DNA of 64,000 nt from NCBI GenBank assembly GCA_951406725.2, contig OX597824.1:49972001-50036000 (forward strand), given 5' to 3'. Below the pieces are notes generated by a model. The model had not been told where the DNA came from. It worked only from the letters and a program-made list of their open reading frames with translations, and made no database searches. This document shows positions 1 to 12,304 of this stretch, one piece after another (position 1 is the first letter of the stretch; each line of letters begins with the position of its first letter). The stretch is from Octopus vulgaris (lineage: Eukaryota). The position numbers and the translations under genes were made by a program.

Positions 1-278
1 AATCAAAGATGCAAACAACGGTAAAAGGTTGCAGCGCTCTTTTACGCTTATTGGGCCTTGACAAATTACTGTAGCGTCTCTCAAAGATTCCCTCATGTAA
101 ATTTTTCAAGCGGAATAATGAAGAATTTCGATGCTTCTTCGCCATCTTATTGGTCGTTTCCAACAACATGTTCTTTCAAGTTGGTGAGATATCATCCCGT
201 TTTGGCATCAGCCACTTCATTCGTTCCTTGCCTTTTCGAATTTGCCTTTAATGGTAAGATTTTTCACCTTTTAATATG

Positions 279-317
<39 letters not shown>

Positions 318-599
318 GTATATGCACGCGCACACGTACACATATATACTAGATAGTAAGAACCATAAGTTACTTTTTTCTTTCTTCTTCATCACCATCT
401 ACTACTACTACTACAACTCAACAGTAATAAGAATAACAACTAACGTATAACAAGAGAGAAAGACGGAAATAAAGTGAAAAGGAAAAAGGAGAGAGAGAGA
501 AAGAGAGACAGAGAGAGAGAGAGAGAGAGGCAGATTAGAGGAATATTTGATTTAGTTTAAGTTAGAAACAGGAATGCAAATGTAAACAAGAACACTTTG

Positions 600-925
<326 letters not shown>

Positions 926-1436
926 ATACGTATGTGTTAGCATGTATGTGTGTATGAGTGTGAGCGCTCATGTACGTATATGAGTGAAAAATTATATTAT
1001 CGATATGACCACCACCACCACCACCACCACCACCTGCAACAGTAACAACAACAACAACGACATCCATAATAACAAGCATAATTTTTTAACAATTACAAGA
1101 CGGTGCCCACAAGTTGTATTTTTTGTTTGATTTCTGATACGTATATATTTCGTTCTAATCTTCACATTTCATTCAGGCATTCTTATAATCCTTTGAACTT
1201 TTCCTCCTTCGCCTCTTCCTGTTTTCCCCCTTTTCTCTTCCTTCTCCACCTCCTCCTCTTTATATCTGTATAGTTTTGTCCATTTGTAACTAATTGTCAG
1301 TCTGTATCTCATGCTTCCTGTTGTCTGTCTGTCTGTCTCTCCTTTACGTCAGCCTCTGTGTTATTTTCATTTACGCATTATATCAACCATTTTCTCTCTC
1401 TGTCTACAAACACAGGTACATTATAAAGTAATGTAT

Positions 1437-1550
<114 letters not shown>

Positions 1551-1950
1551 GTATATGTTTATATATATATAAACACACAACAATGCATATATACATACAC
1601 ACTTAAATACAGTCACACGTATACATACACACATATACATATATATATATCCATCTTTTTATCTAACTATCTAACACACACACACACACACACATACACA
1701 CACACAGACACAAGTATGATTCCATCTACACATTTATTTGCCGGACTGAGTAAGATTTTTTAAGGAAGACTAGCAGACGGCTATGAATGCAAGTCTCCTC
1801 TCACCTCACCATCAATATTTTATCTAAGGGAAAAGCCTGAATTGAGCCGATACAGCCTGGCAGTAGTGTCGTCGCAAGCCATCTTTTCCGATCCTCTAAC
1901 ACTTCTGTTAACCAACTTCAAATTTCGTGAATTCTTGATGTATAAACACA

Positions 1951-2475
1951 ATGAAAGAGTTACTTAAATTACTTACAAATTTTGATAGAGAACAAAGGCA
2001 CCATCAAATCTTCAATAGAAATTCAGTTACTGTATCTTACACTTGTTTCAAAAATTTCGTCAGCTTTAGCAAATCCATTAATGTAAAACATCTGTCAAAC
2101 AATAGTAAAACCATCACCCAACACACTTATAATTGTATGAAGTCTAGTACCTGCCTGCTTGATTAATGGAAACTACTTTATCAGTTATATAGCATACTGT
2201 GCCAATGAAGATTTGAACGATGACCTTCAGCTTAAACCTTAAATAGGGGTGGTAAAAGTTATATTTTAGGGTAAGTTACAACACTCTCATACATTCGCTA
2301 TTCAACCGAGACAAGGAACTCTCGAATGAATTTTTATGTTATATTTGGAAGTTCGCTGTCATTATTTGCGTAACAAACATTTAAAAAATATTATCATAGA
2401 ACAGGAATAGCTTGAACTCAAGAAATCAAACTTTTGCAATTGTATTCATAAAGCAAAATATATACTATATAATTT
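1951..2475 (+). pseudogene. Highly decayed Penelope-like element, thumb/linker to GIY-YIG endonuclease
   Basis: Translation gives HQIFNRNSVTVSYTCFKN, YNCMKSSTCLL, CYIWK and LNSRNQTFCNCIHKAKY, collinear with the better preserved element at 12659-13783; stops and frameshifts present. Confidence 0.75.
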
Positions 2476-3061
2476 TCAAAAGACCGATACACAGAGAATT
2501 TTCATTGCCGTATTTCTGATAATAATTTATTCTTTGTTTCATGTATGTCTTTGTATTTAATGTTTTCTGCTTGGTACGTTGTAGGTTGTTGTATGAACAA
2601 TGAGAAAATTGTTGACTGTGTTGTGCGAGTTAACGTTGTGCCTTTTCTCATTCCATTACGTTACCAACTTTCTCATTTACTCATTTCGTTACTTTATTTC
2701 GTAGCATTTGAGCATGAATAATATTTTGTGAACGGTTTTCAATATCTACCATTAACATGATGTAATTTTACCGTTATTTGTTCTTAGTTGATTTTTATGC
2801 ATCCACTCATTTTTATATTTGACTTTTACTTTTAATCACATATCGAATCAAATGCTTTCTTTTTGTTTTCGCTATTGGAATATTCTTACTAACCATTTCC
2901 TGCTTTATTATTCAATTTCATTCAGAAGATCGTGGATATGAACCTCAAATGTCGTGAAATGTATAGTTTCAGTTTAAATAAATTTATTTCGACACCCTAC
3001 TTCCAGTGTCCAGAACTCTCATTTCCTTTCTCGTTTACCCTGTCTTTGTTGTCGAGTGCTT

Positions 3062-3122
<61 letters not shown>

Positions 3123-3140
3123 CTGCATGTGCGCGCGCGC

Positions 3141-3211
<71 letters not shown>

Positions 3212-3213
3212 TG

Positions 3214-3925
3214 TAGGCATACAATGGACGGTAAGAGACCGGCTAACAGACTTGGATTTTGCCGATGACATTACCCCGTTGGCTGAAAACCGCCTAACGT
3301 TACAGGAAATGACAACAAAAATGGAAAGGGAAGCGGCAAAGACTGGGTTGAGAATCGTCGGTCAAAAAACGAAGGTAATGCAAGTTGGGAAACAAATAGA
3401 ATGTGTACCTGTGAAAGTTGGACAAGAACCAGTTGAAGAAGTTACAAGCTTCACATTTCTGGGAAGCATAAGTGACAAGCAACGGCGATGCAGAGATAGA
3501 TATAAGGTGCAGAATTGGTAAGGGAGTAGCAGTATTTAAAAGACTAACAACACTTTGATGTAGCAATAACATGAGTATAGAGCTGAAGATTCGTCAGCAA
3601 TACTACTAATAACGATCTATGCAGCTAAGACCTGGAAGATGACAGAAAAATTGCCCACTAACTCGATGTATTTCATCAGTGGTATACAAGAAAGAATCTA
3701 AGAATCACTTATCGAGCAGAGCGACAAATGAAGCCGTTCTCCATGCAGCAAGAGTAGGGCATGCAACTGTAACCGAACGACGAATGAAAATGGCTGGAGG
3801 CATTCTAAGACTGTCAGAGGGGCTTGTTAAAACAGCTGACAGAACATTACCTGGCCAGAGACAGATAGCTGGCGATCAATGACTGCCCGATGTGCCGTTC
3901 AGAAGCACCAACGGACTTAAGAATA
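3214..3925 (+). mobile_element. 5'-truncated RTE-type LINE, RT C-terminal half
   Basis: GIQWTVRDRLTDLDFADDI...KTKVM...VEEVTSFTFLGS...DIRCRIGK, FADD catalytic motif, C-terminal DRDSWRSM, followed by an (AAT)n tail; frameshifted. Confidence 0.85.
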
Positions 3926-4014
3926 AATAATAATAATAATAATAACAACAACAACAACAACAACAACAACAACGACAATAATAATAATAATGATAATAAT
4001 AATAATAATAATAA

Positions 4015-4262
4015 GTAGTGCATAGTAGGTGCATTAGGCATGATAAAAAAATATTCAGACAAATACATAACAAAAACAACAGGACTTACAAACACATATA
4101 ACATACAGAAAATTGCACTACTAGGCACTGCACACATCCTACGTAGAACACTTTCCATACAATAACCATCAGAGCATCACAACAAATCACAGCACATACC
4201 CAAGGCACACAGAGCTGCGCTCGGTAGTGAAGTGAAAGCACGCTATAAAAATAAAACTACTG

Positions 4263-4263
<1 letters not shown>
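4015..4263 (+). mobile_element. 3' end of R4/Dong-like RLE non-LTR retrotransposon in (TAA)n
   Basis: 4022-4165 reads IVGALGMIKKYSDKYITKTTGLTNTYNIQKIALLGTAHILRRTLSIQ*, a typical R4/Dong C-terminus; ~100-nt 3'UTR; flanked on both sides by (TAA)n. Confidence 0.85.
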
Positions 4264-4445
<182 letters not shown>

Positions 4446-4967
4446 TAAAAGTGTAAATTCAATAATAATTTTACCAGGTGGTCAGTGGGGAAATATAACC
4501 TCATAGGTAAATTTTACAAAATATTTTATAATTATATACATAATTATAAGAAGGGATCGGCTTTACGCCTCACCACGCACTGCAAGAAATAGACGCTCAA
4601 GTCCCTATTACCACCTTAAAATCTCCAAGAATAACCCACTTTATTGTAGGCGAGCAAAAGGAAAATAATGAATCAGCAAGGTTGTTTTTATTTATAGCTT
4701 TGAGGGTATTAGAGATTGCTTCTGATATGATTACGGTGTCAGGTAATATAGCTACTTTTGTTCTTTCTTGTTCTTTCTTTTCTTTGTTTCTTTCCTTCCT
4801 TCTTTATTCCCCTCTCTCTTCAGTCTCATTTTTTCATTTCTTCATCCTCCCTCACTCCTTCTCTCTCTACTCTTTCTCTCTTCTCCCCCCTCTTTGCGTC
4901 CATTTCAGCTTTCGTTCATATCTATTTGTTTTCATCCAGTATCTTGGTTTATCTATCGCTCAAATTG

Positions 4968-5090
4968 ATTCTTCTTCTTTTTCTTCTTCTTCTTCTTTTT
5001 CTTCTTCTTCTTCTTCTTCTTCTTCTTCTTCTTCTTCTTCTTCTTCTTCTTCTTCTTCTTCTTCTTCTTCTGCTGCTGCTGCTGCTGCTG

Positions 5091-5155
<65 letters not shown>
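4968..5155. repeat. (CTT)n-(GCT)n-(ACT)n compound microsatellite
   Basis: Direct tandem trinucleotides. Confidence 0.97.
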
Positions 5156-5156
<1 letters not shown>

Positions 5157-5765
5157 TGCCTTCTTATTCTCATGTCATCCCTACAAAATCTTTATCACTT
5201 TTTAATGCCTGACATTATTATTTCTGTCAGCCTGTCTTATTCACACACACATACACACACACAATCACGCACATTTGCACTGTCGCAAACTCATTCTCTT
5301 ACACACTTACACACACTGACATATACACCTACACGCATTCATATATACACACATAATTAGAGTGACGTAGCTATTATACGCATGCTGACTTATACTCCCG
5401 TACACGTTCACACACACACATTCGCCCACACACATGTATTCACACACACACACATTGGTTCACACGCACACATAATTACTCCTTAACACACATATATTCA
5501 GATACATAATTTACACACACAGAATTACTTGTACACTCACACAGTAGTCACACACACACACGTATATTCACACATATGCACACAGAATGTCTGTTGTTAC
5601 GTCCTCCTTCATTTCCAACTAACCCTCAACAAGATTATGACCTCTAACCTCACCTCATCACTACACTTCATTACACACCTAATAATGGACTCTGTTACGT
5701 TCGGCTCAACTTTCACGCCTTATCCAATCACATTTCTATACCTCTTTTCCCTCTCTCCTCTCTGT

Positions 5766-5813
<48 letters not shown>

Positions 5814-5945
5814 TTCATTATACCAGTTTTCCCTCTATCATTCTATCCTGTTTCGCGTATAAAGTTTCCTTGGTTAACCAAATTTTAAATCCAATCAAAA
5901 TTCATTCACTCACTCACTCACTCACTCACTCACTCACTCACTCGT

Positions 5946-6052
<107 letters not shown>

Positions 6053-6192
6053 GTCTGTCTGTCTATCCGTCTGTCTATCTGTCTGTCTGTCTGCCTGTCT
6101 GTCTGTCTGTTTACCTATCAATCCGTCTATGTATGTTATGTATGTATGTATGTATGTATGTATGTATGTATGTATGTATGTATGTATGTATG

Positions 6193-6245
<53 letters not shown>

Positions 6246-6376
6246 CCCAATTTCGCTTACTACATCACATATAACTCAATCCATTCATCTCTGTCCCTCT
6301 CTCTCACCCTCTCTCTCTCTCACCCTTTCTATTCTCACCCTCTCTCTCTCTCTCACCTTCTCTCCCTCTCACCATT

Positions 6377-6407
<31 letters not shown>

Positions 6408-6689
6408 CACACACAATCATACACACATTACGCTTCCCTAATCCTCTTACCCTGTGTCACTCCCGGTCTTCATGTCTCGCCCCACGACCTAGCTGTCCCC
6501 TCACCCAATCGCCACTTAACCGACTCCTCAATCTTCTTAGCGGCGCTGCTCGATGGTTTGTGCAGCGAGCGGCAAGGGTCAGTTAAATTGTTTTTATCCG
6601 ATTAACGTGAAAATAGACATGTGATTTCAACACCGACCCACTCTAACTCGACCATCAACACATACGCACACCCTTTCACGTATACAGCG

Positions 6690-7123
6690 CTACCACCACT
6701 ACCCCACCACCATTGTACACCCTCACCATTAAACACTACTACAACCATCATCAGCACCACTAACTGCAGCTGTCACCGCAGCATCAGCAGCAGCATCTCA
6801 ACCATCACCACCAACACCACCACAACAACAACAGCAACTAACTACCACCATCGCTATCATTACTCTGCCATGACCGCCAAAACACCATCACCACCATCAC
6901 AACTACGACGACGACGACACCACCACCACCACCACCACAACAACAACAATCGCATCTACTACCACCACCACTAACACAACTACCACCATTATCTTCACCA
7001 CCACCACAATCATCACCACCAGCACACCACCACCACCACCACCACCACCACCACCACCACCACCACCGCAGCATCATCATTATATCCACTATCACATAAA
7101 CATCAATACAACTACGTTTTCCG

Positions 7124-7197
<74 letters not shown>

Positions 7198-7425
7198 CCA
7201 CCTGTACGACTAACGATGAAGATGATGGGATGAGGTTAATGACGACGATGAGGATCATGAGGATGATTGTGACGATGATTATGATGGCGTTGAATTTGAT
7301 CATGATTGAGATAATGCTGGTGGTGGTGATAATGACGATGATGATGATATTGATAATGATAGCGTAGATAATGATGATCGCGATAATGGTGGTGATGATG
7401 GTGGTGATGATGGTGGTGGTGGTGG

Positions 7426-7464
<39 letters not shown>

Positions 7465-7665
7465 GGATGATGATGATGATGATGATGATGATTATGATGA
7501 TGATGATGATTATGATGATGATGATGGCGAGGATGATGATGATGGCGATGATGATGATGATGGTAATGATGGTGATGATGGTGATGATGATGATGATGGT
7601 GATAATGATGGTATGGTGGTATCTCCCATTGCTGCTGCTGCTGCTGCTGATGATGATGATGATGA
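6690..7665. repeat. Low-complexity (CAC)n/(TAC)n/(GAT)n block
   Basis: Degenerate and perfect trinucleotide arrays. Confidence 0.93.
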
Positions 7666-8204
7666 TAAATTGCTACTTTCCGTGTCAGAATCTTAGGTGT
7701 TATTATTCTTGTGTTTAACTGCTGTCTTTCTCTGACGTATCTTCATCCCACGATCGACGTGCTAGACATGTCCATTCTATTTATTTACATTGCTGGCTGA
7801 CCTGTCATATACATGCATGCATGCATGCATACATACATACATACATACGTAATGCATACATACACCCATTCATACATACATACGCATTCATACATACAAG
7901 CATGCATACATACATATGCACAGATACATACATCTATAAGTATGTATATATATATATATAGTGTATATATATGTATCTTTTATCTTTTACTAGTTTCATT
8001 TATTACACTAGTGTCATATTTGAACACTACCCTGAAGAATTTTTAGTTGAACGAAACTTAAAGCCTGGTACTTACGCTATTGTATCTCTTTTGCCGAACT
8101 GCTAATTGATTAGCGGTGGGGGGGGGGGGAGGCATAAGCACACCGACACCAATTGTGAGACGGTGGTGGGAAACAAGTACAGCCACAAAGACACACACAC
8201 TCAC

Positions 8205-8692
8205 CTACATCAAGTGACCTGGGTGAAGAGGGTGGCTGTTGAAAGAGGGTAGCTGTTGCTCCATGTGTGGCAACAGGACTCTGCACCATGTCACACAAGC
8301 AGGAGAACCCAGTCATGGCTGTCAGACAATTTCTGCGACCACATCACCCCTAACATCTGGTCACCTAATTCTTCAGACCGCAAGTCCCTTGATTATTATG
8401 TATGAGGTGCAGTTGAGCGAGAAACCAACAAAATTCATTGTAACATCAAAGAATAACTGAAGGCAAGGACTATGGCAACATTCACTAACTTAAACGAGGA
8501 AATCGTCCAGAATAGTTGCAGGAAATTCTGTAGTCGACAAGAAGCCAATGGCGATTTCATTGAATAAATTTGCTCTTTAGTATTTCAAGATACTTTTATG
8601 TAATCTTGATAAATATATCCGTTAAAATGAGATATCAGTGTTATTTTTATTTATGCGTAATTTAGACGACAGTTTATTCACCGCACCCTGTA
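8205..8692 (+). mobile_element. Tc1/mariner-superfamily transposase 3' fragment with right TIR
   Basis: WQQDSAPCHTSRRTQSWLSDNF...IWSPNSSDRKSLDYYV (QQD.AP.H and WPPNSPDLNPLDY-like motifs), ending EANGDFIE*; terminus ...caccgcaccctg|ta. Confidence 0.85.
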
Positions 8693-8859
8693 TACACACA
8701 CACACACACACACACATATATGTATATGAACTTTTTCCGTGGCATGAAACGTTGGGACATGCCAGCAGATGGCGTCTAAACCATTTAACATATAGTTATA
8801 GTTGCTGATATGGCTTACAGTGGGCCTTGTTCGGTATGTAGCTTTGATAAGTCAAAACA

Positions 8860-8911
8860 ACGACGAAACATCGATGTCTGTCGCTCCGAGTAAGCACCTG
8901 ATGTGAGTCGT
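8860..8911 (+). ncRNA. Hammerhead-like motif, type II topology, degenerate
   Basis: acgac-GAAA-c atcgat g-TC-tgtcgctccgagtaagcac-CTGA(tg)TGA-gtcgt; stem II acgac/gtcgt, palindromic stem III, 2-nt insertion in core. Confidence 0.5.
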
Positions 8912-9080
8912 CTCGCTTCACTGTGAATTACTTACAGGTGTTCTTTTTTTTTATACCAGGCGCATAAAGAATATATTCTCCTAGATCTAAAAACCGCAGC
9001 CTACTCACAAAATAGCAACACACATACCTTGTGTTTGTGTGTTCGATTTTGTTTTTATATATATACATATATATATGTAT

Positions 9081-9487
9081 GGAGTGGCTGTATGGTAAGT
9101 AGCTTGCTAACCAACCACATGGTTCCGGGTTCAGTCCCACTGCGTGGCATCTTGGGCAAGTGTCTTCTGTTATAGCCCCGGGCCGACTAATGCCTTGTGA
9201 GTGGATTTGGTAGACGGAAACTTAGAGAAGCCTGTCGTATATATGTAAATATATGTATGTGTGTGTGTTCGTGTGTCTGTGTTTGTTCCCCTAGCATTGC
9301 TTGACAACCGATGCTGGTGTGTTTACGTTCCCGTCACTTAGCGGTTCGGCAAAAAGAGACCGATAGAATAAGTACTGGGCTTACAAAAAGAATAAGTCCC
9401 GGGGTCGAGTTGCTCGACTAAAAGCGGTGCTCCAGCATGGCCGCAGTCAAATGACTGAAACAAGTAAAAGAGTAAAGAGTAAAGAGA
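9081..9487 (+). mobile_element. tRNA-derived SINE family A, full length
   Basis: A/B-box-like head (tggctgtatggtaag...ggttcagtccc), internal (TA)/(TG) tract, (aaagagt)n tail; many copies in window. Confidence 0.88.
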
Positions 9488-9541
<54 letters not shown>

Positions 9542-10546
9542 AATTACAGTCATCAGTATCAGCATCCACAAACAGTGATTAGGCATACGCAAACTTTAAG
9601 TTAGTTAAAATGTTTGTGACATATTTCAACATCTAGTGGCAAATTCATTGCAGTAACTAGAGAAAACAATTGTCTCTTGTGGTAAAAAGTGTAAAAACCC
9701 TGTATCTGCCCAGTACTGCCCTCTCAGATTTCCAGACGGACGCTTTCTGGATCTTAGTCTTCCTCAATGGGAAACACCAAAGAGAAGCAACTTTGAGCAA
9801 CTTTTAAAGCCGTACATTTAACTAAAACACTGTCAACAACATTGACTGAGTTGCGCTGTTGAGCCCCACGGTGGGGAGAAATTCCATTGTATCAATGTAG
9901 TTGAATGTCTTCATAATGTATTGTTCATTTGTTCTAATATGTTTTTGCACCTATCTTTAATTTATGGGGCTTAGATGTTTTTCTTACTTTTCATTAGTAA
10001 ATAGTTTTCACCATTATATCATTTATATATATATTGATAGCTATAAGTTATGATAGTTATTAATTATTATATCTATTTAACTAGAATAATTTATTATTAT
10101 TTTTATAAAGGGATCTAACGTATTACATTTAGTTTAATATGAGAATTAATTTTGTTAGACAATATATTATTGAATAATTAGGTGGTATATTTATTAAGTA
10201 GTATTAAATTTAAGTAGCTTAGGTTTTATATTAATTGATATTTTGGTCAACTATATTATTGAGTGATATATTAAATCTATAGAAACTACACATATATATT
10301 AATTATATAGTTAGTTTAGTTAATGAGTGTGTCTATATTTGAACCATTTCTTATTTAGATTCCAGTATTAATGGCTTGTACTAGCATTGTGTATATTAAT
10401 TAATTTTAAGGTTTTAGTATTAATTGCTTAACGGGTATTAGACTGTATTTGGATGTTTATCAAATAAATATGTTAATTAATAATCTGATTTAATGTATAT
10501 AATTTAAAGTATTGCATTTAGTTTTCATTAAATGTATATTTAGTAA

Positions 10547-10582
<36 letters not shown>

Positions 10583-10658
10583 AAAGAATATATTTATATT
10601 TTAAAAGATTATTTACGCATATTTATTAATTAATTATTTTAATATTTTAGTTTATTTT

Positions 10659-10760
10659 TAACCTGAGGATAGCTATATTTATATCGAAGTGATTTTACTA
10701 CTACTACTAATTTTTTACTATAATCATTTCTTAAATATAGCCACGAAACACGTGTCGTTA
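10659..10760 (+). ncRNA. Type I minimal hammerhead ribozyme in AT-rich pLTR-like segment
   Basis: taac-CTGAGGA-ta gctatattta...taaatatagc cac-GAAA-c acgt g-TC-gtta; 10-bp stem II, palindromic loop III, GUC triplet. Confidence 0.75.
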
Positions 10761-10989
10761 TTCTACCAAATATATACGTTTTATTTATTATTTTGCACAT
10801 TACTTAATCATCGGTATATTATTGTTACTTTATATTTAATATTTCTATTATTAGTAATTTTCTAGACGGTGTAATTTAATTGTTCATTTTGAATAGATAA
10901 AAGGTGTTCTTTTCTATTTTATATATATATATAAATATATATATATAAAATATAAATAATATATACATACATATATACACTACCTACAT

Positions 10990-11237
10990 ATATATGTATA
11001 TATACATGCATATATGGGTGCAGGACATAAAAAATAACGTTGAACACAATGAGAAACGAAAACATAAAAACAAAAACATAGAAAACGAACTTTTTTTCGA
11101 ACAACGAAAAAGACAGAGAAACGAGACATGCAACATAAAGAATATTCCCCTTCTACAGTTGTCCCTGTTTCATCTACTCTGCTTTTTTGAAGGTAAGGAC
11201 AATACGCGACTTCATTGAAACAGTCCTTCCTGCAAAG

Positions 11238-11245
<8 letters not shown>
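10990..11245. repeat. Unclassified interspersed repeat between (TA)n tracts
   Basis: Diverged inverted copy at ~31200-31335 (gtcctgtacccatatatgcat / atgcatatatgggtgcaggac). Confidence 0.65.
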
Positions 11246-11280
<35 letters not shown>

Positions 11281-11283
<3 letters not shown>

Positions 11284-11563
11284 AATATGTTACATTACTC
11301 GGTAGTCAAGATAAAACTCTGAGTTTCAGATGCCGAAGTGGAAATCCACAACACCATCTCTTCGGTTATCTGGCTATTTGAAAACGCTATGAAAAAATAC
11401 CGTTAAATAAAGGGAAATTACTGTGTTATAACTCTGCTTGCCTGCGTACTCGCTCGCATTTTTCGTCATAAAAATTATATAAAAATACATAAAAAATATT
11501 AAAAAATATATAAAAATATATAAATTCTTCTTGGGACATAACATAGAAAGCATGTTCTATCTG
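11281..11563 (-). mobile_element. Second copy of the Penelope-like pLTR/3' region
   Basis: Near-identical to 12376-12665, including the HHR-like motif at 11309-11371. Confidence 0.88.
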
Positions 11564-11690
11564 TGTTCATGTGTTACGTTTCAAACAACCTTAGCGTATA
11601 CATATATGTGTATGTATGTATGCATGTATGTATGTGCGTATGTATGTATGCATGTATGTATGTGCGAATGTATACATACATATATACATA

Positions 11691-11764
<74 letters not shown>

Positions 11765-11771
<7 letters not shown>

Positions 11772-12070
11772 CAAAATGGGACAAGAACGCAAAATATCCA
11801 GACAACTAGGTGATACAAAAAGGGACAACAAAACATCCAGGTAGACGATACATAGAAACAATGACGGGTCATTCGAAGCTTTCTATCCTCAGTCAAGAAC
11901 CGGATTATCCTCACAATTTCGGCTGATTAATCTTGAGATTGCTCCAATCTGGCCAGCCCCAAGGAAAAACTAAGCTAAGAGCATTAGATTCCTTGGAAGA
12001 AAGCATCGAATGTATACGAAAACAAGGACGGAAAAATAGACGATGTTACACAAATATAAATACAAAATAC

Positions 12071-12140
<70 letters not shown>

Positions 12141-12234
12141 TTAATAATAATAATAACAGGACATAACAACAGGTGTTTTTCGACTTGGGACGAATTGAGT
12201 TCAGCAAGCGTGTCTGTAAATGAAGCCTTACGAC

Positions 12235-12235
<1 letters not shown>
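11765..12235. repeat. Unclassified insert between (TA)n tracts with internal (AAT)n
   Basis: Complex sequence sharply bounded by (TA)n on both sides; no recognisable ORF. Confidence 0.5.

Positions 12236-12300
<65 letters not shown>

Positions 12301-12304
<4 letters not shown>

Noticed and set aside
2920-2975. Hammerhead relic CAGAAGA...GAAATGTATA downstream of the 2-kb Penelope fragment
   Set aside because: Position is plausible, but the core is mutated and stem I cannot be formed.
8760-8778. CTCF-like motif gccagcagatggcgtc
   Set aside because: Single motif match inside a probable repeat; no supporting evidence.
9081-9150. tRNA genes at SINE heads
   Set aside because: A/B boxes only, no complete cloverleaf, and continuous with multi-copy SINE bodies.
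11860-11965. CTGAGGA and ggctg/cagcc-GAAA on the minus strand
   Set aside because: The parts do not assemble into one consistent hammerhead fold.
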